From an uncultured Nitrospirales bacterium (GTDB lineage: Bacteria; UBA10199; JADGCS01): a stretch of 64,000 bases of DNA. Made by a program: the position numbers and the translations under genes. The notes beneath the pieces were generated by a model. It was not told the origin of the DNA, made no database searches, and saw only the letters and a list, made by a program, of their open reading frames with translations. The DNA lies in NCBI GenBank assembly GCA_964526915.1, contig CAZGMS010000072.1, positions 7,341 through 71,340 on the forward strand, in the 5' to 3' direction. Each line of letters opens with the position of its first letter. Within the stretch, counting starts at the first letter, position 1. Shown here one piece after another: positions 1 to 9,230 of the stretch.

Positions 1-114
1 AATCCCGTTTGAAACTTTTGCATTGTTATTAAAATAATCTCTCATAAAAACCCTTTCACTTTTTTATCAGTATTTTTCAACTATTACCTTTTGCCTTTGA
101 CCTTACGCCTTTAG

Positions 115-130
115 CCCTGCGCCTTACGCC
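115..130. repeat. 16-nt motif copy 1 (CCCTGCGCCTTACGCC), directly abutting the ATPase stop codon
   Basis: Read directly from the sequence. It matches 1413-1428 at 15/16 positions. The sub-motif CCTTACGC also occurs at 101-108 and 7102-7109. Confidence 0.6.
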
Positions 131-1276
131 CTACACCAACTCTCCAGCCCAAAGCTGATCAAGAAAATTACGCCACGGTAAAACTAGATGCTGCTTACCC
201 ACACGCCGCGGTTCAGACTCTAAACTGACAACAAGTGTTTTTTTTACGGGGCCATCTTCCAGTAATTTGTCCATAGCCAGCAGATCGCCATCATGCACTC
301 TACGACTGGCTTTGATTTCCAGCGCCAGGGCCTTGTCGTTGATGACAAAATCCACTTCGTCTCCATTGCTGGTTCTCCAGAACGTGATCTGCATTTCTGG
401 CTGACGATAGGCGCGATACGCCATCAACTCCATCAATATATAATGTTCAAAAGATTTTCCAAACTCTGGTGTGCCCACTTGGGGTGTACGTCCTGTAAGA
501 AAATTTGCCACACCGATATCAAAAAAATAAAATTTTTCAGTTTCGATCAACCGCCTATTTTTTGATTTGGTCCACGGTGGCACGCGATAACCCAAATACG
601 TATCCTCCAACACATCAAAATACGATCTCACCACTTTGGGCGACACACCAGTTTCGCGCCCAACATTGGCATAATTGATAAGTTCACTGCTTGTCAGTGC
701 TGCCACCTGCAAAAATTCATGAAAAGCGGGCAAGTTTGTTACCAGTGCCTCTGCGGCAATCTCTTCTTTTAAATAATCCGCCAGATAAGCCCTCAGCTCC
801 TCTTTGGGATCTGGTGACAGGTAATGAGGCGGCAGTAGCCCGCTAACCATAATCTTTTCTAAATCAAAACCTGTTACTTCGGTATAGGAAAGTGGCGTCA
901 TGTGCCGGCGCCACGCTCTACCTCCCAGCAAATTAGCCGCCCCGTGTTTCAGTTTGCGCGCGCTGGATCCTGTCAATAAAAACGACGAGGAACTGTTTTC
1001 TATCAGCCAATGAACTTCGTCCAACAACGCTGGAATTTTTTGCACTTCATCGATAACGACCAAACCTTCACTATCTTTTAAACGCTCGATCAGCAAACCT
1101 GGTCTGGTGGAATAAGAGAGAAACTCTTGCGGCAACAGCAAATCAATCAGACGGCACTGTTTCATATTCTGTTTGATCCAGTAGGACTTGCCTGTTTTTC
1201 TGGGCCCCCACAAGAACGCCGATTTGCCCTTTGGCAGATTCAATTCAAAGATTCTTTTGGAAATTGTCGTTTTCAT
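131..1276 (-). CDS. Stand-alone AAA+ ATPase (AAA_14/DUF4143-type ATP-binding protein)
   Basis: 381-aa ORF. Walker A GPRKTGKS near the N-terminus and Walker B-like LVVIDEVQ. Separated from the glycan genes by a 165-nt gap. Confidence 0.8.
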   Translation of the reverse strand: MKTTISKRIFELNLPKGKSAFLWGPRKTGKSYWIKQNMKQCRLIDLLLPQEFLSYSTRPGLLIERLKDSEGLVVIDEVQKIPALLDEVHWLIENSSSSFLLTGSSARKLKHGAANLLGGRAWRRHMTPLSYTEVTGFDLEKIMVSGLLPPHYLSPDPKEELRAYLADYLKEEIAAEALVTNLPAFHEFLQVAALTSSELINYANVGRETGVSPKVVRSYFDVLEDTYLGYRVPPWTKSKNRRLIETEKFYFFDIGVANFLTGRTPQVGTPEFGKSFEHYILMELMAYRAYRQPEMQITFWRTSNGDEVDFVINDKALALEIKASRRVHDGDLLAMDKLLEDGPVKKTLVVSLESEPRRVGKQHLVLPWRNFLDQLWAGELV

Positions 1277-1342
1277 TTTCTGTCAGCAGCTTACCACAAA
1301 AATTCCGCATCTTCAAGCATGATTATCTTCCCAAACAGGTGT

Positions 1343-1358
1343 GTTTATCCAGATAAAC
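1343..1358. promoter_or_regulatory. Perfect 7-2-7 palindrome GTTTATC-CA-GATAAAC upstream of the ATPase gene (candidate operator)
   Basis: Read directly from the sequence, 67-82 nt upstream of the ATPase ATG. Flanked by two copies of GATTATCTTC (1321-1330, 1374-1383). Function is not established. Confidence 0.3.
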
Positions 1359-1412
1359 CTACCTAATTGTGCCGATTATCTTCTTGCCACACCTTGGGCT
1401 TCTCACCTGACA

Positions 1413-1428
1413 CCCTGCGCCTTAGGCC
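1413..1428. repeat. 16-nt motif copy 2 (CCCTGCGCCTTAGGCC), 13 nt 3' of the CapD/PglF-like stop codon
   Basis: Read directly from the sequence. Same orientation as copy 1. The two copies bracket the ATPase gene. Confidence 0.6.
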
Positions 1429-1441
1429 ATTATTCATAAAT

Positions 1442-3328
1442 TCACACATTTTTTTCTTTGATTACCTCATCACACAGCGATGGGGCTAGTTGGTAGGTGG
1501 TCACAACCCGTTTGAGCAATTTATACAATTCGCTCATCTTACCGTCTTGTTTCGAAAGGGCCGCACATTCATTAATGTTTTTCAACAGTGAAGCAGAATC
1601 ATCGATTGATCCAATAGCCATGTTTATTTTTGGATGCTTGGTTGGACAAACTTTTTCTGTTTCATCGTACAGTTCTTCATAAAGTTTTTCACCTGGCCGC
1701 AAACCACAAAACTCAATCTTGATATCTGTGTTTGGCTCAAAACCGCAAAGTCTGATCATATTCACTGCCAAGTCCATGATTTTGACCTGCTTGCCCATAT
1801 CCAAAACAAAAATTTCGCCGCCGTTTCCCAACACACTGGCAAACAAAACGAGTTGCACGGCCTCGGGGATCATCATAAAATAGCGTTTGATGTCTGGGTG
1901 TGTCACCGTAATTGGCCCGCCCTGTTGAATCTGTTTAGTGAAAAGAGGGATCACCGAACCCTGACTGCCAATCACATTGCCAAAGCGCACGGCAATAAAT
2001 TTTGTTTTTGAATTTTCCTGAAAAACCTTGCACAGCAATTCAGCCATCCTCTTGGTCACACCCAAAATATTTGTGGGATTGACAGCCTTATCTGTTGAAA
2101 TAAAAACAAACCGTTCAACACCGTGCTCCTTTGATAACTCCGCCAGCTTTTTTGTGCCTTCAACATTGACAGAAATTGCCTGATAAATATTATCTTCTAA
2201 AATTGGCACATGTTTATAAGCCGCTGCGTGCAAAACGATTTGTGGCTGTGCCTGTTTAAAAAAACGACCCAGCGCCCAGTGATCAGTAATGTCACAAAGC
2301 ATGGGCACAAATTCCACATTGGGAAATTTTACCTGACATTCGCGGAACAAAAAATACAAAGGTGATTCTGCCTGATCTAGCAAATACACAATCGCTGGGC
2401 CCATTTGCGCCACCTGCTTTACCAATTCTTCACCAATGGAGCCTGCGGCCCCAGTCACCAGCACGCGTTTATTAACGTAAGTTTTGCGAACTGATGAGAG
2501 ATCTTCGATGATGGGTTCTCTGGCCAACAAATCTTCCAGTTTAAGATTCCTGATTTCAAACGTAGCAGAATTCTCAGAAAGTTCTGAAAGGCTGGGCATG
2601 ATTTTGACTTGGGCTTTGGCTTCAAAACATTTTTCAGCCAAACTTCTGAGCAGTGCTGGCCCAGCAGAGGGAATGGCAATCACAACCTCGTTCACCTCGT
2701 TGGCTTGGACAATCTCCACTATCTGATGGGTTGCCCCCAAAACCTTGACACCATGAATCTCATGATTTTTCTTCCAAGGATCGTCATCCAAAAAGCCCAC
2801 TACCTCATACTGTGTGGTGTCGTGTTTGACGCGCCGACAGGCAATGTCACCACCGTCACCGGCCCCCACAATCAGTACCCTTTTAAGTGTTGAGGGCACG
2901 GGGCCCACGTTCCTGTACAACCTAACCAATAAACGCAAACCACCAAAACTCAAAACAAACAACATGTGGTCCACCAGCAAAATGCGCAAGGCATCATGCC
3001 CCAAGCCCGTCACGAGCATGCTGACAATATTCAATGCGAAACTGACCGCCGCCACTTTGACGATCAGTATCAGATCGGAAATGCTCGAATACTTCCAAAT
3101 GCCGCGATTGACACCAAAAAGGTAAGCCAGCCCCAACTGGGACGCCACAATGATGAACCCAAAAAGGCCAGAAAACACTACCTTGCCGGGATACACCAGA
3201 TAATCTGAAAGCAGAAGATTGAAGACGATCAAGCCACAAAAGGCAGACAAGACCAATAAAAACCGGCCCCTATTGTTTCTCACAATTCTGTCGGTCAGGG
3301 TTTTAAAAAATAAGATTCGTTTTCTCAT
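1442..3328 (-). CDS. Membrane-bound UDP-HexNAc 4,6-dehydratase (CapD/WbpM/PglF-family polysaccharide biosynthesis protein)
   Basis: 628-aa ORF. Hydrophobic N-terminal helices are followed by two Rossmann motifs (VLIVGAGDGG, VLVTGAAGSIGEEL) and ISTDKAVNPTNILGVTKR. This architecture is typical of CapD/WbpM. Confidence 0.9.
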   Translation of the reverse strand: MRKRILFFKTLTDRIVRNNRGRFLLVLSAFCGLIVFNLLLSDYLVYPGKVVFSGLFGFIIVASQLGLAYLFGVNRGIWKYSSISDLILIVKVAAVSFALNIVSMLVTGLGHDALRILLVDHMLFVLSFGGLRLLVRLYRNVGPVPSTLKRVLIVGAGDGGDIACRRVKHDTTQYEVVGFLDDDPWKKNHEIHGVKVLGATHQIVEIVQANEVNEVVIAIPSAGPALLRSLAEKCFEAKAQVKIMPSLSELSENSATFEIRNLKLEDLLAREPIIEDLSSVRKTYVNKRVLVTGAAGSIGEELVKQVAQMGPAIVYLLDQAESPLYFLFRECQVKFPNVEFVPMLCDITDHWALGRFFKQAQPQIVLHAAAYKHVPILEDNIYQAISVNVEGTKKLAELSKEHGVERFVFISTDKAVNPTNILGVTKRMAELLCKVFQENSKTKFIAVRFGNVIGSQGSVIPLFTKQIQQGGPITVTHPDIKRYFMMIPEAVQLVLFASVLGNGGEIFVLDMGKQVKIMDLAVNMIRLCGFEPNTDIKIEFCGLRPGEKLYEELYDETEKVCPTKHPKINMAIGSIDDSASLLKNINECAALSKQDGKMSELYKLLKRVVTTYQLAPSLCDEVIKEKNV

Positions 3329-3418
3329 GAGTGCCTCACAGAGCGGGCGGTATAATCATAAGCGAAAAGGGATGCAATCAAAAGATAGATTGGAGCATCA
3401 AATAGTCAGATGCGGTGG

Positions 3419-4546
3419 TTAAGCTTGCTCCAAAGCTTTCATGCGGGTAATGTATTCACGAAAAAAGGCCACAAAAACAGAGATAAACAAGGCCCCCATG
3501 AAAGAAATGATGCAAATCTGCGCTCTTTTGGGTGCAAATTTTTCCTCGGGAGGGATCGCGGGATCAATGACTGTAAACGAAATATCTTCTTTGGCCTCCT
3601 GTATTTTGGCCATTTCGTATTGTCCGGCAAGCGTCATCTGCACCTGCAAGAGCAGTTGGTGTTGTGCCATCAAGTTTTCCAAAAGAACAGATAATGGCAC
3701 CTTACCATTTGACTTTGATTCAGCAATTTTGCGTTCGTTTTCTGCCTTTTCTTTGAGAAGTTTTTCAACATCAACAGCATCAACACCACTCACAGTCTGT
3801 ACTGTCGTAGACACAGCTGGCAATAACGGCAAGACGCCAGTCCCAACGTTTCTTGAAAAATCATTGATCTCCATCCCGTTTTTCAAGCGGTCTTCCTTGT
3901 TTTGCGCCATTTGTTGTTCCAAGAATATCCGGTTTCGCTTGGCAGAAGTGAGTGTCTGTTTTCCCAAGAAAACCTGAAGTTCCCGCAAATAGGCGTTTGC
4001 AATTCTGGCCGAAAGCTGTGGATCCGTGGTTGCAACACTTACAGAAATCGAGCCCTCTTTTATATCCTCTATTACCGAAACCATTCCACTCATTAATAGT
4101 GTCACGGCTTTCTGTAATGTTGGCATTTCTTCTGGCGTTGTGGTCATCCATTGATTGGTCGTGTTATCCCAATAATCCATGAACAACACCTTCATTAGCT
4201 GTTCTTTTTCAATCACGGCCTCCGCGACTGAACGACTTTTTAATATCATTACTAATTTAGTGGTACTACTGGTTCCAGCACTCACCCCTGCAAGAGATGC
4301 CAGGCCACCAAATTGTGCTAAAAGAGAAGAAAAGCCTCCCATGGACTCATTAGCACTTACAGGAAAAATAACCGCTGTCGATCGATATTGTTTGTCCATC
4401 AGGCCACTACCAATAACCGCCACAACAGACACAATGAGAAGGGCAAGAAAGATCATGAGCTTGTTCTTGTTGACTACCCTCAAAATATCCAGGATATTTG
4501 TTTCTCCACTATGCCCCTTGGCAGTTGTACCAACATTTTCTGTCAT
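3419..4546 (-). CDS. wzz: Polysaccharide chain-length determinant (Wzz/PCP-1-like, no kinase domain)
   Basis: 375 aa. One TM helix near each end (LMIFLALLIVSVVAVIGSGL; ICIISFMGALFISVFVAFF) flanks a long polar, helix-rich middle. Located in an O-unit locus. Confidence 0.7.
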   Translation of the reverse strand: MTENVGTTAKGHSGETNILDILRVVNKNKLMIFLALLIVSVVAVIGSGLMDKQYRSTAVIFPVSANESMGGFSSLLAQFGGLASLAGVSAGTSSTTKLVMILKSRSVAEAVIEKEQLMKVLFMDYWDNTTNQWMTTTPEEMPTLQKAVTLLMSGMVSVIEDIKEGSISVSVATTDPQLSARIANAYLRELQVFLGKQTLTSAKRNRIFLEQQMAQNKEDRLKNGMEINDFSRNVGTGVLPLLPAVSTTVQTVSGVDAVDVEKLLKEKAENERKIAESKSNGKVPLSVLLENLMAQHQLLLQVQMTLAGQYEMAKIQEAKEDISFTVIDPAIPPEEKFAPKRAQICIISFMGALFISVFVAFFREYITRMKALEQA

Positions 4547-4591
4547 AATGATCAGTGCCTCAATTTTAGGATATTAGTCAAACATCAGCCA

Positions 4592-5794
4592 CTAGCGTGT
4601 AGCCTTTGATACAACATCAGTCAATGTAGAACAAGTCCTATGTAACTCATTTTGCGTTAAGGTTGGATGAACAACAAACATCACACTGGTTTCGCCAAGC
4701 TGTTTTGCCAGTGCAAGACGTTTTTCTGGCCGCAGCCCTGTAACGTCAAAAGCTTTTTCCAGATAAATCTCTGAACACGAACCCGTGTAACAGGGAACCC
4801 CCTGCTTGTTGATTTCGGCTACGATACGATCTCGTGACCACCCCGAAGACAATGCTTCGGGCCTCACATACACATAACACTTATACCAAGCATGTTCTAT
4901 ATGAGAAGGAACTTCAGGAACTCTCAATGCAGGACATTGTCTTGCCGCGGCCAAGATTGCCTGTGCATTTGCTCTGCGCGCTAAATGCCACTGATCTAGT
5001 TTTTTTAATTGAATTCTTCCAATCGCCGCCTGCATTTCAATCATGCGCCAGTTGGTACCAATGGAGTGATGCACCCACTTAAAACAATTGCCTTCTTCAC
5101 CATTATTCATCGCTTGATACGATTTCCCATGATCCTTATAAGACCAGGCATAATTCCAAACCTCTCCATCGTTTGTCGTGAGCATCCCTCCCTCACCACC
5201 TGTGGTCATGATTTTATCCTGACAAAACGACCAAGCACCCACATGGCCGATACTTCCCACTTTTTTCCCATTGTACTCTGCCCCATGGGCCTGAGCACAA
5301 TCCTCGATCACAAAAAGCCCGTGGTCTTTCGCAAGTGTTATGATTGCATCCATCTCACAAGGCCAACCAGCAAGATGCACAGGGATAATCGCCCTGGTTT
5401 TTTTTGTTAATACCTTCGCAATTGAATCGGCTGTGATGTTGCCACTATCCGGATCAACATCAGCAAATACAGGCTTCGCACCGACTGTGATCACACAACC
5501 TACGGAGGCAATAAAACTACGAGGCGTCACCACCACCTCATCACCGGGCCCCACTCCCAGTGCCTTAAGTGCAAGTTCCAGGGCCACCGTCCCATTCGCC
5601 AGAGCCACAGCATGCTTTACACCAGTATAGCCAGCAAACTCTTCCTCGAACCTCCTGCACTCTGCTCCAGTCCAATAATTTATTTTGCCAGATCGCAAGA
5701 CCTGCGAAACAACATCAATTTCGCCTTGTTCAAAACATGGCCAACAAGAACTTAAACTGTTATCTGATAACATTATGTTTTGTTTGGTTTTCAT
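4592..5794 (-). CDS. DegT/DnrJ/EryC1/StrS-family sugar aminotransferase (PglE/WbpE-like)
   Basis: Motifs GTVALELALKALGVGPGDEVVV, VIEDCAQAHGAEYNGKKVGSIG and SFCQDKIMTTGGEGG. The longest ORF starts at 5833, but the Met at 5794 gives an ATGA overlap with the upstream stop (tcat at 5791-5794). Confidence 0.85.
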   Translation of the reverse strand: MKTKQNIMLSDNSLSSCWPCFEQGEIDVVSQVLRSGKINYWTGAECRRFEEEFAGYTGVKHAVALANGTVALELALKALGVGPGDEVVVTPRSFIASVGCVITVGAKPVFADVDPDSGNITADSIAKVLTKKTRAIIPVHLAGWPCEMDAIITLAKDHGLFVIEDCAQAHGAEYNGKKVGSIGHVGAWSFCQDKIMTTGGEGGMLTTNDGEVWNYAWSYKDHGKSYQAMNNGEEGNCFKWVHHSIGTNWRMIEMQAAIGRIQLKKLDQWHLARRANAQAILAAARQCPALRVPEVPSHIEHAWYKCYVYVRPEALSSGWSRDRIVAEINKQGVPCYTGSCSEIYLEKAFDVTGLRPEKRLALAKQLGETSVMFVVHPTLTQNELHRTCSTLTDVVSKATR

Positions 5795-6429
5795 TTGCTT
5801 GTTGCTTTTGTTATTCTGGCTGGCACGCCACATGCTGTAACAGAATCTGGCAGATCAGAAATCACAACGCCCCCCGCTCCAACTATTGAATTCTCACCAA
5901 TGACCAATCCCGGAATCGCCACACTGCCAATTCCCATAAAAACTCTATTACCAACTTTCACATTCCCTGCCAATTTTGCTCCGGGACCGATATGAACATA
6001 ATCACCAATGATACAATCATGGTCAATCACAGCGCCAGTATTAACGATACAATGTTTGCCTACAACAGCACCTGGTTGAATAACTGCTCCCGCAAAGATC
6101 ACAGTGCCACAACCAATTTTAACAGAAGGATGCACATAGGCACTTGGGTGAACAACTGTCACCCAAGTGTTATTCATTAATTCTTTAGCAATTTTTTCTC
6201 GAAATCGATTGTCGCCAAACGCCATGAGCAAAGAACATTCCTTGTTTTTGGCCATTTCACTTAAAGGGCCTACAACATTAACACCTAAAACAGTTTTGTT
6301 TCTCTTTGATTCATCGTCATCATATAGGCATTCAACTTTAAACCCACTATCAAGCAAAGTGGCCACGACAACTTTCGCATGCCCACCTGCACCCAAAATA
6401 TAGACCGGATCATTTTGCTTCATCAACAC
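5791..6429 (-). CDS. Hexapeptide-repeat amino-sugar N-acetyltransferase (PglD/NeuD family)
   Basis: 212 aa. N-terminal VYILGAGGHAKVV domain followed by left-handed beta-helix repeats (IGDYVHIGPGAKLAGNVKVGNRVFMGIGSV). Confidence 0.85.
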   Translation of the reverse strand: MLMKQNDPVYILGAGGHAKVVVATLLDSGFKVECLYDDDESKRNKTVLGVNVVGPLSEMAKNKECSLLMAFGDNRFREKIAKELMNNTWVTVVHPSAYVHPSVKIGCGTVIFAGAVIQPGAVVGKHCIVNTGAVIDHDCIIGDYVHIGPGAKLAGNVKVGNRVFMGIGSVAIPGLVIGENSIVGAGGVVISDLPDSVTACGVPARITKATSK

Positions 6430-7042
6430 CCCTCTTGATTGAGCCTGTAAATTTTGGCATGGTCACATGCCCCTCAGCATTGATGCCTTTTCTTTGAAAC
6501 AAACGCACTATGGTGATAAATAATATTTTGATATCCAGCAAAATACTTTGATGATCAACATACCAAACATCCAGCTTGAATCTCTCTTCCCACGAAATGG
6601 CATTACGCCCATTAATCTGCGCCCAGCCAGTGATCCCTGGTTTAACCACATGCCGCCTTGTCTGTTCAGGACTGTAAAGCGGCACATACTCCGGAAGAAG
6701 AGGCCGTGGCCCCACAAAACTCATGTCGCCTTTCAATACATTCCACAACTCTGGCAGTTCGTCTAAACTCATTTTTCGCAAAAAAATACCAACTGCAGTC
6801 AATCTCTCTTCATCTGACAATAAATTGCCCTTCATATCACATTGAGTTTTCATTGTTCTAAACTTATACAACACAAATTTTCTTGTGTTCATGCCAACAC
6901 GTTGTTGTTTGAATAACATGTTACCTGGTAAAGTGACCAGCAAGACAAAGGAAATAAATACCAATAATGGAGCACAAAAAACCAAACCAAAAAAGGAAAG
7001 AAAGAAATCTGACGCTCTCTTAAATTTATAACTCTGTACCAT
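6410..7042 (-). CDS. Small monotopic phosphoglycosyl transferase (PglC-type 'bacterial sugar transferase'); initiating enzyme no. 1
   Basis: 210 aa. N-terminal re-entrant helix, then KFRTM, SLDELPELWNVLKGDMSFVGPRP and PGITGWAQ motifs. Confidence 0.9.
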   Translation of the reverse strand: MVQSYKFKRASDFFLSFFGLVFCAPLLVFISFVLLVTLPGNMLFKQQRVGMNTRKFVLYKFRTMKTQCDMKGNLLSDEERLTAVGIFLRKMSLDELPELWNVLKGDMSFVGPRPLLPEYVPLYSPEQTRRHVVKPGITGWAQINGRNAISWEERFKLDVWYVDHQSILLDIKILFITIVRLFQRKGINAEGHVTMPKFTGSIKRGVDEAK

Positions 7043-7152
7043 AGTACCACAAAACAGAAGTTGTTTTATCTAATAAAACACAAGACTATTTTTTCACGCA
7101 ACCTTACGCTAGAAAAAAGTGTGTCAAATAGCAACAAAGTAAGTGACTGGCA

Positions 7153-8406
7153 CTACACTGATATTGACTCAAGCCACTTAACCATTCTTGGGTAAACAAC
7201 ATCTGCTGATAATTCCTTGTTATAAAATGACATGGCTTGCTCAGACATTTTTTTTATCACGTCCGGTTGACTATAAAATTCAAAAAGAACATCGTACAAT
7301 TTATGTTCGTCCTTGTAATCATAGATAACACCACATCTGTTCTGCTGAAGAACATTTCCTATCACGCCATCAATTCCAGCGACTACTGGAAGCCCTGCAG
7401 AAAAATACTCCCCTATTTTATTTGGCAACGACATAAGAAAATCTATTGTCGGTTGATAAGGGGCCAAACCTATGTAAGAATAATTCAATAAATATTGAAT
7501 TTGGGCCCCATCAAGCCTGCCAGGAAACACAATGTTTGAGCAATCTGTAGTTTTTTTTCTTAGCCCCTCCAAAAACTCTCCGTTTCCACACATGACAAAA
7601 TAATAATCAGTTACATTTTTTAATTTTCTGGCAACATTAATGATGGTATCAAAATCAAATTGCCGACTCATTGAACCAATAAAACAAATCACTTTTTTAT
7701 GAAAGCCCGGTCCAACGCCATACCGTGCCCAAAAGTCTCTTGTCTCTTTTGATTCTTGATATTGATATTTTTTACAAGCCAAATAAAAAGGTTGATCGTT
7801 CTTACAGGTTTTTCTTCCTGATAATTTCAAGCCCCAATCTATAACCTGTTGCGTAATCCCTGTCACCGCAGTAGCTGATCTTATGGCTTGTTTTAATTGC
7901 CTATAATAAGGCCACATTATTTTTTTACAAATTGGCCTCAAACCTTTTGAAAAAGATCTTAAAAAAATATCTGGCCATAAATCTCTCAGGTCAAGAACAA
8001 CAGGCACATTGTTCAAGCGCCCATATCTTATAGCTTCTCTAGCCAACTCTATTGTTGGCATGGAACATAAAATTAGATCTGGGGGAGCAAAGAATGAAGC
8101 CATTTTTTTAAATTTTTTGGCAATCAAACAATGATCAAGGAGCCGTCTCACTGAAACACTTTTTGAATATCCCATAGAATTCATCAACACAAGCTGGCAG
8201 CAATCCTTCAAGTTAATCACTTGATCTTTATCAAATCGATGCTTTCTCTGAAAGTGATCAAAATCAGAGGCCCACCAAACCACTTCGTGACCTTGTTCAA
8301 TAAGATAATTTGCCAGCATGCCCATGCGATAAAGCCTAGGATTTTCACCATCAATGGGCAAAACCTCACCAATTTTTATCAACCATACTCTCATACGACT
8401 TTTCAA
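7153..8406 (-). CDS. Glycosyltransferase, GT-B fold (GT4-like)
   Basis: 417 aa. N-terminus MRVWLIKIGE...GHEVVWW; C-terminal donor-binding region NKIGEYFSAGLPVVAG. AT-rich gene within the GT/Wzy/Wzx block. Confidence 0.7.
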   Translation of the reverse strand: MKSRMRVWLIKIGEVLPIDGENPRLYRMGMLANYLIEQGHEVVWWASDFDHFQRKHRFDKDQVINLKDCCQLVLMNSMGYSKSVSVRRLLDHCLIAKKFKKMASFFAPPDLILCSMPTIELAREAIRYGRLNNVPVVLDLRDLWPDIFLRSFSKGLRPICKKIMWPYYRQLKQAIRSATAVTGITQQVIDWGLKLSGRKTCKNDQPFYLACKKYQYQESKETRDFWARYGVGPGFHKKVICFIGSMSRQFDFDTIINVARKLKNVTDYYFVMCGNGEFLEGLRKKTTDCSNIVFPGRLDGAQIQYLLNYSYIGLAPYQPTIDFLMSLPNKIGEYFSAGLPVVAGIDGVIGNVLQQNRCGVIYDYKDEHKLYDVLFEFYSQPDVIKKMSEQAMSFYNKELSADVVYPRMVKWLESISV

Positions 8407-9230
8407 ACAATTTTATAATCATTATCGTTAGCCCGAATCTCTTTTATAGCTTCTTCATATGTACAAAAACAAATGTTTTGATTCTTAATATATTCTATGA
8501 GCCAAACATACCATTTTTTCCACATCATAAAATCAGGGCCAAAATATCTATCATGAAAAATAACGCTCAAAAATGGTTGGTTTTCATTTTCTGCTTTCTC
8601 GATAAGTTGAATGGTTGTTTTCTGTATTGCATTAAAATCTTTTCTCTGCCAACGAGTCCTTTTAGAATTCATCAAATCTGAATCCATGACTTGAACTGGA
8701 AAAGAATAAAAATCACCAATGGCTGTTATTTCACTTCCTCTGACACTCGCCGTGTAGAGATAACCTAATTCAGCAAGCCAGACTAGTGTGTTTGAAGAAT
8801 GCCTCAAGTAATGCATCCGAATCCCAAAATCCTGAAGACCTGATAATTCTGAAAACAATCTGTGCTCATTCTTCATTTGTGTATAATCATCAAAAGCAAT
8901 GCCATGCACACCAACTCGAAAACCCTTATTAAGAACCCTTCTTATCCAATAGACTGCACGTTTATGAGAATAAGACAGTCCCAATCCTTTGGCCACTCCT
9001 ATATAAAATGTGGATGGAATTTTGTGTTTTCGGTCAAATTCCATCAAATCGTCAATGTTATTCCACTGATTACGCATTGAATAATAAAATCTAAGAAAAC
9101 ACTCCTTAATAGAAATTATTCCTAAAACTGTTTCAATGATTGTTCTGATAATAAATTTAGGAATGATCATATCCTTCCAATGCTCCAAAAAACTGATATG
9201 ATCGACGTCATGTGACACAATAACTTTCAT
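8403..9230 (-). CDS. Putative polysaccharide deacetylase-fold protein (divergent CE4-like)
   Basis: 275 aa. N-terminal VSHDVDH, then GVHG and RMHYLRHS...PVQVMDSDL. The same pattern recurs in ORF 42431-43795. Family assignment is by motif resemblance only. Confidence 0.4.
   Translation of the reverse strand: MKVIVSHDVDHISFLEHWKDMIIPKFIIRTIIETVLGIISIKECFLRFYYSMRNQWNNIDDLMEFDRKHKIPSTFYIGVAKGLGLSYSHKRAVYWIRRVLNKGFRVGVHGIAFDDYTQMKNEHRLFSELSGLQDFGIRMHYLRHSSNTLVWLAELGYLYTASVRGSEITAIGDFYSFPVQVMDSDLMNSKRTRWQRKDFNAIQKTTIQLIEKAENENQPFLSVIFHDRYFGPDFMMWKKWYVWLIEYIKNQNICFCTYEEAIKEIRANDNDYKIV

Noticed and set aside
1-1441. A mobile element or integron-cassette interpretation of the ATPase gene bracketed by the 16-nt repeats.
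   Set aside because: There is no transposase, integrase, terminal inverted repeats or attC-like imperfect palindrome. Only a short direct repeat is present, so it is reported as an observation rather than a mobile_element feature.
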